Below, piece after piece: positions 39,290 to 47,852 of a stretch of 64,000 nt of DNA. The first letter of the stretch is position 1; each line of letters begins with the position of its first letter. A model generated the notes under the pieces. It made no database searches and was not told the DNA's origin. It was given only the letters and a program-made list of their open reading frames with translations. Source of the stretch: Eubacteriales bacterium (GTDB taxonomy: Bacteria; Bacillota; Clostridia; Oscillospirales; CAG-272); contig JBGVPV010000046.1 of the NCBI GenBank assembly GCA_045127215.1, forward strand, positions 1,792 to 65,791, read 5' to 3'. A program made the translations under genes and the position numbers.

Positions 39290-42200
39290 TTGAAACTTAT
39301 AAAAACAAAGAAATATGTGCTCATGATAGTATTTTTTCTTATGAGCATCTTTTTAATTGTAACTGTTTTTGCTGCAGAAGAGCCTGTTAAAATTGACAAT
39401 AACGGTTCACGCCTTGTCGCAAAACACGCAGAGTTATCTTCGCCGTCATATCAATGGATGATTTCAGACGTGCTTGACAGCACATATTCCAATATCGACG
39501 GTGCGACAGGTCGATACTACGATATAACAGATGAAAACGAAGGTAAATATATAAAAGTATCCGTTAACGGTGTAGAAAGCCAGCCTATTGGCCCAATAGG
39601 AAAGCTTGTTGTCATGGATATAGGAAAGGGTGCAATTAGTCTCGGTACCAGTTACAGCGGCAAGGATTCCGATGGCAATTCCGTTTCCGGCACACATGCC
39701 GCTTCCAACATCTATGTGATAGTCCATAAGGAAAACGGAACCAAGACCGAAAATAACATCGTTTTCAGTGGTAATCTTCCGAGTGCGCCCTTTGATGTGA
39801 CGCTTGCAGGCGTGAATATGGGCACTACCCCAAAAAACAACAACCAGGCACCCGGTAGCAGTGGCTCAAACACGCCGACAACCGGTGAAATCAGAATCCC
39901 TGCCACAAGTAGTGCCGTAAAAAAAGTGACCCTGCGTCTGCGGGATGAGAATATTGTTCGCTACATTTCCTATTACAACGGTAGTGATACAAACCAACCT
40001 GCAACGGTTGCTTCTTCTCTGAAAATAACAAATATCAACGGAGATGGTGAAGTGGAGGGCGGATGTTTATACGTTCCAATCAAACTCGCTCCCGAAGAAA
40101 TTGAAGCATTTGTAAACAGTAAAACAAACTACAACCACTGGAATGCCGGCATTGGTGGAACGGACGGAAACTCTCTTGTTCAGAATTTGCATATTGCAGG
40201 CGGTAAGATACAGGTCGTAACCACGCTGGGCGATAACTGTACAGCTATCGGTGCCGGCGGTAACGGATACTGCCAAATGGAGATCTCCGGCGGTGAAGTT
40301 ATTGCCCATTGCAACGGCACAGGTGCGGCTATTGGCGGTGGCATTGGCTGGAATGCTGCAGCCGGTAAGGCGGACATATTGATTACCGGCGGTAAAATTT
40401 ATGCAGAAAACCACGCAAAAATTACCGCAGCCAAAGACGGAATCAATCATACGGTTGGTGGCGTGGCCATTGGATCCGGCAGCACGTTTCATTCAAGCGG
40501 TAGTAGCGGTACTGTTACGATTACCGGTGGCGAGGTGGAAGCCTATGGAGCTTACGGTAACGGTATCGGTGGCGGCAACAGCTCCTCCTATGCAGGTGGC
40601 GGTGCAACCATTAATATTACCGGCGGTACCGTAAAAGCGAACTCTATTGGTGGCGGAAACAGTGCCAAAGGTGCCGGTGGAGATGCTACGATCACTATTG
40701 ATAATGATGCCAATGTCAGACTGACCAAAGAAGGAACCGATTGCGATTTCTGCGGTATCGGTGGCGGTAACAGTCTTTCCGGTAACGGCGGAAAAGCTAC
40801 CATTACCGTGAAAAGCGGTACTATCAACTCTGACGGCTCCATCGGTGGTGGCGAAGGCGGCGGCACAGGAAATGGTGGCGACGCTACTGTAAATATTTAT
40901 GGCGGTAACCTTACGGCTGCATCTATCGGTGGTGGTACCGGAAGTGTCGGCGGTCACGGCGGCGCAGCTATCGTTGAAGTAACGGACGGATTTATTGAAA
41001 CCGGCTCCATCGGCGGCGGTAAAACCAACAACCCCAATGGTCAACTTGGATATGCCAAAGCAACTATTAAAGGCGGTGACATCGTCGGTCAATTCTTAAT
41101 GGCGGCAGGGGGAACCGAGCGCTGTTCCTTTACGATGACTGGAGGCACACTACACGGTGTGAATACAGCAGATACGTCAAAGTTTATTTATGCGCAACAA
41201 AACGGTGCTGCGGTGTATATGGACGACCCCAATGGTATCGTTTCTATCTTCGGAGGCACCATAAAGGATTGCTCTGCCAAAAATGGTGGTGCTGTTTATA
41301 TGACTGCGGGAACGTTTACCCTTTCCGGTGGCACGATTACCGATTGCCATGTCACAGGAAATGGCGGCGCTGTTTATCTCGGCGGTGGACAAATGACTGT
41401 TGTAGGAGGAAGTATCAAGGCAAACACAGCTAAAAACGGCGCAGGTGCTTACGTTAATGCGTCAACGCCAAACGACGGTGTTTTCGTGAGCGGTGGAGAA
41501 ATCACAGATAATATTGCGGAAGAGAATGGCGGTGGTATTGCCATCAACAACGGATTTTATAAAATGACAGGTGGCGCCGTTGAAGGAAACACATCAACAA
41601 ACGGAAGCGGCGGAGGTATCTATGTAGCGGCCAACGGCGTTGATGTTTTGGTCGATATCCGTAGCGGTTCGGTCAGCAATAACAAAGCAGGCATCAGTGG
41701 AGGCGCGATAGCAGTTGTAGGACAAAACAACGGATTGGAAAATATTTCGGTTACCGTTGGCGTCAATGAGCAACATTATGACGATCAGGGAAATGAGGTG
41801 ACTTGCGATCACGATTATACGGCAGTAGGTATCGTGGTAGAAGCTTGTCCTGAACTCAAAAACAACTACGCAACGAAGAACGGCGGATGTATCTATATCA
41901 CAGGTGGAGTTAAAACAATGCTCAATACATACTGCCTTGTTGAAGAAGGCAGCTCTGCGGCAGACGGAAAATCCAAGAGCAATTTTATGATGGTCGAGGG
42001 CGGTACTGTAAATATTTCCACCGCAGACGGCAACACCGAAGACGGGGGTAACTCCCACGGCAAGATCACAATCAATAACACCATTCATGTTTATGCCGGT
42101 GATATGGACCTTTATGGTTCTATGACAAACCCGCAGATTCTCGCACCGATTACGGTAGACGTTACTACTGAGCGTGGTTCTTACGAGGATCACCGAACAT

Positions 42201-44851
42201 CGGATGGTGAATACTACAAGCTACAGTATTTTGAAAATTTTACGGATCCGGATACGGGCATTCGGACAGGTCAGTATACCGTGTACCAGATTAAGCATGG
42301 AGATTCACATGAGATCCTTCTCTCTATTTATGAGCATGAAGGATACACCATTGACGGTTGGTGGACAAGTGAATTTGGAGACGTTCCGGGAAGTATAGAA
42401 TACCTGGTGAATAAGTCTTACGTGTTTACAAATGAGTCTGATGAAAATCCGGGTCATCTGACTCTGTATGCCAGATGGCTTCCTGTTGGATATTACGTTT
42501 ATTTTGAATCCGGAACGACAGATTCGTACCGAGGCGAAATGGCTCATGTCCGATATAATTATGATACCGAAAATATGCTTCCGGCCAATGAGTTTTTTAG
42601 ACCGGGATGGATATTTGCGGGCTGGGATTATGACGGTGAAGGCGATAAGGAGCTTCTTGCAGATAAGGCAACCGTAAAAAATCTGACCACGGACAGAAGC
42701 ATTACACTGGTTGCCGTTTGGGTACTTTGTGATCATAAAGATGAACTCTTTTCCTATTCTGCTTCAGGGGATACTTTGACCCGTAGCTGTTATTGCGAAG
42801 AATGTACACAAACAGCTACACTCATTGCAGAGGATACAGTTTATGTTGACAACAATACTGCTCCCTATGAGGCTGAGATAAGGATTGTTACCAATGTTAA
42901 AAACGGGGCGCAGCCTAACAGTTGGACGCTTACTCCTATATACGAAGGAAAGAAGTACAATGGCAATAATTTTGATTCTGAAGAGTTTTTGATTGGAGCA
43001 GGCCGTTATTCGGTCAGCATAACCGATGGCGGAGAAACCGTTACAGTCAATTTTGAAATCAAAAAAGCTACAAGAGATACTCCCGAAAAACCACGGTATG
43101 AAAGTAATGAAACCAATCAGGAAATAACTAAGGGGCAAATTAAAATTATTAATCCGGACGATACGACGGGCGGCATTCTGCAATATAAGATCGTATGGCA
43201 CGATGATCTCGGAACCTCTCATGAGGCCTTTGCCGATTTGAATACGGCAATTACAACGGGGTTCACTCTTACAACAAACTATACGAACTACTACGTGTAT
43301 GTAAGATACGAGGAGGATGACAATCACAACGCCTCGGAGTGGATCAGAGCAGAATCGGTACTCTTTTACGTGGGTAACGTCTATATTTATATAAACAGTG
43401 AAAAGGGTATTGAATACTCAACGACGTCGGAAGAAGCACAACGAGGCTTGGTTATCGATGTTTATGCTTCTGAGGGCTATTATTTGTTTGATACAAAAGT
43501 GACAGATGATAATGAGGCTACTGTTATTGAGGAACAAGTGCTACGACAAAGATACTACATCGCAAATATTCCGGAATCTACATCAGCTCCAATTAATATT
43601 TATGTCACTATTACGGGTGTAAAGAAAGAAATCCAAATTTCCGCTAACATAACTGAGGCAGAAGAGTTTGGTACCGTGAAAGGCATGTCTGCGCTGATCA
43701 CACGTGACTCGGCTTACACTGTGTATTTCGAAATTCAAAATTATGATGTGTACACCAATCCAAAGCTGGTATTCAACACACTGTTGCCTGAAAAAACGAC
43801 GCTGATCTTTGTGGATAAGACAACGGGAACTCCTGTGCTTTGGTATTATAATGTGCTCAATTCAACCAACGAAATTGCTTTAAGCCAGTTTGTGCGAATG
43901 GGTGCTGAAAACACGCTCTTCAGCGTTCCCGCAAGTTCAATCGATACACCTTTGAAATATCAGGTCATCATTGATTTTGCTGATAGTGAAGGATGTTCCG
44001 GAGAGAATATTACAACTACATTTTCGGCTGATGTTTCGGCTGATGACAAAAGCAATGGAGCCCCCGACTTTCCTGCAAGCTCGCTTGTAAGCCAATTAAA
44101 AGACATTGCTTCTTCATCTGTTGTTGTTACTGATTCTGAAGAAGATACTATGCAAAAGAATTTGCATATTGAATATCTGCAGATCACAGACAATGCAATA
44201 GCGTCAAAATGGAATAATCGTTGCGGTGCGTTGCTACTGACCCCATTATGCGAACTTACCGAGGATGCCCGCATAGAAGTTATAGATCATACCGGAATGA
44301 AAACAACGTATTACCGTAATTTGAGTGGGCAGTTTATTATTTCTCTCGCAGGCAGTCAAAATGAGGATTTGCAGATAACTCTGATATCTGATATTTTTCC
44401 GAATGAGCAATCCGAATATACATTCCGAGTGGAACTCATAAGTTCCTGTTCGTTGGCGGGATTAGCTCCGTTGAACGGAATAAAGGTATATGATTCGAAA
44501 CAGTTAACATTTACTAAAAATACAAAAGATGTAGAGCCTTCATTGAAAATAGACGGAGATAAGAATATATACAACGTTGGTGATACGGTTACGGTAAATA
44601 TAGAATACCGAAACTGTCCGGAATATACTGTTCTTGTACTTCGACTACTAAGCAAGGATACATCTGTAAGCTTGTCGAGCAATACTTATGTAGATACAGG
44701 CTGGAAGCAGCAGAGTGATACCGTAGAGGGGGATAATTATGTGCCTCTTGGTCAAAATTTGACGGGAAGTTGTTGCATAGTAGTGGAACTGCGAGATATA
44801 ACTGGCAACGTTATTACAAGCGTTCCGTATTACTTCGTCGTTTGCGAGTAA
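39290..44851 (+). CDS. Giant secreted beta-helix / adhesin-like protein (about 1853 aa)
   Basis: Probable TTG start at 39290, 9 nt after AAAGGAG, giving a Sec signal peptide MKLIKTKKYVLMIVFFLMSIFLIVTVFAAEE. Gly-rich IGGGxxxxGxGGxAT(I/V) repeats, GGA(I/V)Y Pmp-like repeats, two InlB-B-type repeats, and a long C-terminal region of unknown fold. The start codon is uncertain. Confidence 0.8.
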   Translation: MKLIKTKKYVLMIVFFLMSIFLIVTVFAAEEPVKIDNNGSRLVAKHAELSSPSYQWMISDVLDSTYSNIDGATGRYYDITDENEGKYIKVSVNGVESQPIGPIGKLVVMDIGKGAISLGTSYSGKDSDGNSVSGTHAASNIYVIVHKENGTKTENNIVFSGNLPSAPFDVTLAGVNMGTTPKNNNQAPGSSGSNTPTTGEIRIPATSSAVKKVTLRLRDENIVRYISYYNGSDTNQPATVASSLKITNINGDGEVEGGCLYVPIKLAPEEIEAFVNSKTNYNHWNAGIGGTDGNSLVQNLHIAGGKIQVVTTLGDNCTAIGAGGNGYCQMEISGGEVIAHCNGTGAAIGGGIGWNAAAGKADILITGGKIYAENHAKITAAKDGINHTVGGVAIGSGSTFHSSGSSGTVTITGGEVEAYGAYGNGIGGGNSSSYAGGGATINITGGTVKANSIGGGNSAKGAGGDATITIDNDANVRLTKEGTDCDFCGIGGGNSLSGNGGKATITVKSGTINSDGSIGGGEGGGTGNGGDATVNIYGGNLTAASIGGGTGSVGGHGGAAIVEVTDGFIETGSIGGGKTNNPNGQLGYAKATIKGGDIVGQFLMAAGGTERCSFTMTGGTLHGVNTADTSKFIYAQQNGAAVYMDDPNGIVSIFGGTIKDCSAKNGGAVYMTAGTFTLSGGTITDCHVTGNGGAVYLGGGQMTVVGGSIKANTAKNGAGAYVNASTPNDGVFVSGGEITDNIAEENGGGIAINNGFYKMTGGAVEGNTSTNGSGGGIYVAANGVDVLVDIRSGSVSNNKAGISGGAIAVVGQNNGLENISVTVGVNEQHYDDQGNEVTCDHDYTAVGIVVEACPELKNNYATKNGGCIYITGGVKTMLNTYCLVEEGSSAADGKSKSNFMMVEGGTVNISTADGNTEDGGNSHGKITINNTIHVYAGDMDLYGSMTNPQILAPITVDVTTERGSYEDHRTSDGEYYKLQYFENFTDPDTGIRTGQYTVYQIKHGDSHEILLSIYEHEGYTIDGWWTSEFGDVPGSIEYLVNKSYVFTNESDENPGHLTLYARWLPVGYYVYFESGTTDSYRGEMAHVRYNYDTENMLPANEFFRPGWIFAGWDYDGEGDKELLADKATVKNLTTDRSITLVAVWVLCDHKDELFSYSASGDTLTRSCYCEECTQTATLIAEDTVYVDNNTAPYEAEIRIVTNVKNGAQPNSWTLTPIYEGKKYNGNNFDSEEFLIGAGRYSVSITDGGETVTVNFEIKKATRDTPEKPRYESNETNQEITKGQIKIINPDDTTGGILQYKIVWHDDLGTSHEAFADLNTAITTGFTLTTNYTNYYVYVRYEEDDNHNASEWIRAESVLFYVGNVYIYINSEKGIEYSTTSEEAQRGLVIDVYASEGYYLFDTKVTDDNEATVIEEQVLRQRYYIANIPESTSAPINIYVTITGVKKEIQISANITEAEEFGTVKGMSALITRDSAYTVYFEIQNYDVYTNPKLVFNTLLPEKTTLIFVDKTTGTPVLWYYNVLNSTNEIALSQFVRMGAENTLFSVPASSIDTPLKYQVIIDFADSEGCSGENITTTFSADVSADDKSNGAPDFPASSLVSQLKDIASSSVVVTDSEEDTMQKNLHIEYLQITDNAIASKWNNRCGALLLTPLCELTEDARIEVIDHTGMKTTYYRNLSGQFIISLAGSQNEDLQITLISDIFPNEQSEYTFRVELISSCSLAGLAPLNGIKVYDSKQLTFTKNTKDVEPSLKIDGDKNIYNVGDTVTVNIEYRNCPEYTVLVLRLLSKDTSVSLSSNTYVDTGWKQQSDTVEGDNYVPLGQNLTGSCCIVVELRDITGNVITSVPYYFVVCE

Positions 44852-44911
44852 TGATAAACACAATATATCAAAAAGAGCCCGCAAAAACATTTGCAGACCC
44901 TTTCCAGTTTA

Positions 44912-44947
44912 CGGCGGGTAGATTTGTTTCTGCCCGCTGTTTTTTTC
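44912..44947 (+). terminator. Terminator after the giant gene
   Basis: gcgggtaga ... tctgcccgc stem (one G-U pair) followed by TGTTTTTTT. Confidence 0.7.
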
Positions 44948-45023
44948 AGTATTTTGAGAACATTAAGTAAATAAGCAAAAGCCAGACGTCCAAACGCAGA
45001 GCTATGCTTTTTGGAGGTGGAAT

Positions 45024-45197
45024 ATGGTTGAAAATCGAAAAGAATCTTTATGGGTTCATTGTCCGAACTGTGGGGGAAAGACAAGGACGAAGGTATATGA
45101 AGATACAGTTCTTGTGAAATTTCCGCTGTATTGCCCTAAATGCAAAAAGGAAATTCGGATAGATGTTGTAAAATTGAAAATGGTGTTAAGCAAGTGA
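45024..45197 (+). CDS. Cysteine-rich KTR-type zinc-ribbon protein (57 aa; below the ORF-track cutoff)
   Basis: GGAGGTGG RBS, then MVENRKESLWVHCPNCGGKTRTKVYEDTVLVKFPLYCPKCKKEIRIDV. The two CxxC pairs with KTR are typical of a family common on Clostridial mobile elements. Confidence 0.75.
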   Translation: MVENRKESLWVHCPNCGGKTRTKVYEDTVLVKFPLYCPKCKKEIRIDVVKLKMVLSK

Positions 45198-45214
45198 GCC
45201 CGACACATAAGTGC

Positions 45215-45260
45215 AGAGCCAGCTTTTCCGTTCAAAATAACGGACAAGCTGGCTCTTTGT
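45215..45260 (+). terminator. Terminator hairpin
   Basis: agagccagctt ... aagctggctct long stem followed by TTTGT. Confidence 0.65.
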
Positions 45261-45281
45261 CATTCAATAGGTAATGCGTTT

Positions 45282-46805
45282 TTGTCGCGTAAGGCTGTAA
45301 GTACAGATTGGAAAACAGGAATAAATGTTGCCGGAGAATTTTGCAGATTGTTTATGGCATTGTTGTCTCTCCATACGGGGAATTTTGCTAACATACGTAA
45401 TGATGATCATGTAAAATCCGTTATGATAACAATTGATAACGGAATCTACTATATGAATGACTTAACCGTAAAAGGCGGTGTTTATTTTAATCGTGCACCC
45501 GTGTATGATGAAATAGCACGGAAACTCAACTCTTGTGCTGTTGATGGATATAAAGATGCTAAAGAGGATTTCGGTCCCGAGCATATTAATATGTCGAAAT
45601 ATGATTGGGAAAGATTTACCGAATCTTGCGACAACTGTTTAAAGATGTTGGATAAAGCTATTGAGTTTGTACGTGATGCAGAATTGGGAAAGACATTGTG
45701 CAAAAACATGGTAGTTATCGGCGAAGCGTGTAGGGATTCGTGTTCTTGGAAGTTCGATGTTAACTCTTGGACATACGATCACTATGTACAGGAATATTCA
45801 TTTACAGCATCCGCTAAAGAATCACGCACAAAGGATATTAATGTTTCAAAGAACTGGGGCAAATTCTTTGAGCCTGCCCCTGTTGAAGCCGTAACAGAAC
45901 AATTATCAAGCGGTCGTAAAGAAATTGAGCTTGAACTCGGAAGAAAAGCATATTGGGCAGAGCATCAGTCTGAAAAGCAAAGTTTGGAAAATGAAAAGAA
46001 AACTTTACAGGCACGTATAGAGGAACTGAATAAAGAAATTGCATCACTGCCAATTTTGTCGAAAATCAGTGAGGTTAAAAGCAAAATATCCTCGTTGACT
46101 AATGAAAAGAGTAGTTTGGGATTATTCAAACTCAAAGAAAAGAAAGCTATGCAAGAGCAGATCGATGATCAAGAAGCTGAATTGAGACAACTCGAAACAG
46201 CTGCTTCAAATCAGAAAAAGCCTTTGGAATCCGAAATTGCACGATGCAAGAAACGTATTCAAGAAATTGAAAATGAATTTAATAAAGAGCGCGGAACGGT
46301 ATCTACAGAAGGAACACTTACCATTAAAGATGCTATTGCAGACGGAAAAATAACATTGAGCCCTGAACAATTGGTTAAACATCTTTTGGATAAATTGCCC
46401 TCTGGATACGAATTTGATGAACTCAGTGCATTTAGTTGTAGTTTACATAGAGATTTAGATGATTGTTGGGCGGTGGTTGTCGAACGTAAAGGAGTCGGAA
46501 GTTCAGGCATATTGCTTGTAATGCAAGCAGAAAGCGAAGAGGATCCTATTAAATCAATTATTGTTCAAACCTCTTGCGGAAGAGATGTAGATGACATTGC
46601 ACTTTGGTGTCAGATTTGCTCTCTCGTAATTATGTCCTTGTTTGATGATGTTTCTCGTGATACGGCAGAAATCGTGGCAGCCAAGCTTATGCTTGATGAT
46701 GAAAAATCGAGATTCTTCCAAGATGGACTTTGCATCGAGTATGTAACATATGAACTCAATTTGGAAGATAAAGATTTGGCTTTGAAATCTATGCTTATAA
46801 GATGA
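45282..46805 (+). CDS. Hypothetical protein with central coiled coil (up to 507 aa; start uncertain)
   Basis: Long ORF. The central roughly 130 aa are heptad-like Lys/Glu/Leu-rich (KKTLQARIEELNKEIASL ... EIARCKKRIQEIENEF). No recognised catalytic motif. The first codon of the ORF is TTG without a clear RBS. Confidence 0.65.
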   Translation: MSRKAVSTDWKTGINVAGEFCRLFMALLSLHTGNFANIRNDDHVKSVMITIDNGIYYMNDLTVKGGVYFNRAPVYDEIARKLNSCAVDGYKDAKEDFGPEHINMSKYDWERFTESCDNCLKMLDKAIEFVRDAELGKTLCKNMVVIGEACRDSCSWKFDVNSWTYDHYVQEYSFTASAKESRTKDINVSKNWGKFFEPAPVEAVTEQLSSGRKEIELELGRKAYWAEHQSEKQSLENEKKTLQARIEELNKEIASLPILSKISEVKSKISSLTNEKSSLGLFKLKEKKAMQEQIDDQEAELRQLETAASNQKKPLESEIARCKKRIQEIENEFNKERGTVSTEGTLTIKDAIADGKITLSPEQLVKHLLDKLPSGYEFDELSAFSCSLHRDLDDCWAVVVERKGVGSSGILLVMQAESEEDPIKSIIVQTSCGRDVDDIALWCQICSLVIMSLFDDVSRDTAEIVAAKLMLDDEKSRFFQDGLCIEYVTYELNLEDKDLALKSMLIR

Positions 46806-46943
46806 TTTATAATATACGTCGAGGTGTTCGCCTCGGCGTAGTTTTTTCAAAGAAATAGTTACGATTACAGCGTGAGTTCTTTACTTTTGGGTCGAAATAT
46901 GGTATAATATGTTATCAGCAATCTGTATTTAACGAGGTGTCAA

Positions 46944-47852
46944 ATGATTGTTTACCATTACTGTAGTTTAGATGTCTTCACTAAGATAATATCGGGTAAA
47001 TCAATTCGCCTATCCGATATAACAAAATCTAATGATTCCATGGAAATATTATGGATAACAAAGTACATAGAAGAAATATTTGACGAAGAATTCCAAAAGG
47101 AAACGGAGAAAACAAAATATTTCAAAGAAGACTACCCTAAAGATGTTTTTACGGAATTGAGAGAACATTACTCAAAGGAATTTTTTGATGAGAAGCAAAA
47201 ACTATATTCATATTTTGTCTGTTGCTTTTCCGAAAAAGGTGATCTCCTTAGCCAATGGAGAGGTTATGCAGATGATGGAAACGGTATTGCAATCGGATTT
47301 GACGGTGATATCTTAAAGCAAATAGGAAAGCCTTCGGCAGACGATCCTATTAGTACGGATATTTTTAATTTCAATAAAATCGAATATTCTGAATACTCGC
47401 AAAAAGTGCAAATCAGAAAAATTGCCTCGGATTTGATAACAGAGTTGAAAGAAGTCGCTAAATCCAAGCCTTCTGATATAAAGCAGAATAGTATGAAGGC
47501 ATATAATACATGTTTTCTCAAATTATTTAATTTGTCAATCTTTATGAAAAATCCTTTCTTTAAAGAGGAACAAGAATGGCGTATTTGTCATTGGACCGAA
47601 ATAACTCCTAAGAATAAAGCATCCGGCATTCACATAAATGATGGCGTTACTTTGTCAGATATCGGATACCATCAAAGACGTGATGATATGATTCCGCACA
47701 TTGATTTGAGCTTTGAAAAAAGTTCTAAATCAATGATTAAGGAAATAATTATTGGACCGAAATGCAAAGTTCGCGAAAATGATATAAAGACTTTTTTGAT
47801 TTCTAACGGTATGGATTGTCAAATTTCCAAATCAAAAGGAACTTATCGATAA
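46944..47852 (+). CDS. DUF2971 family protein
   Basis: VYHYCSLDVFTKIISGKSIRLSDITKSNDSME, CCFSEKGDLLSQWRGYADDGNGIAIGF and KNPFFKEEQEWRI are the hallmark blocks of DUF2971 as I remember them. GAGGTG RBS. Confidence 0.8.
   Translation: MIVYHYCSLDVFTKIISGKSIRLSDITKSNDSMEILWITKYIEEIFDEEFQKETEKTKYFKEDYPKDVFTELREHYSKEFFDEKQKLYSYFVCCFSEKGDLLSQWRGYADDGNGIAIGFDGDILKQIGKPSADDPISTDIFNFNKIEYSEYSQKVQIRKIASDLITELKEVAKSKPSDIKQNSMKAYNTCFLKLFNLSIFMKNPFFKEEQEWRICHWTEITPKNKASGIHINDGVTLSDIGYHQRRDDMIPHIDLSFEKSSKSMIKEIIIGPKCKVRENDIKTFLISNGMDCQISKSKGTYR

Noticed and set aside
40067-42736. Periodic Gly-codon-rich DNA with multiple minus-strand ORFs inside the giant gene. I briefly considered a repeat array or CRISPR-like structure.
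   Set aside because: The periodicity is that of protein repeats in one continuous 5.5-kb reading frame. There are no identical direct repeats with unique spacers and no cas genes.
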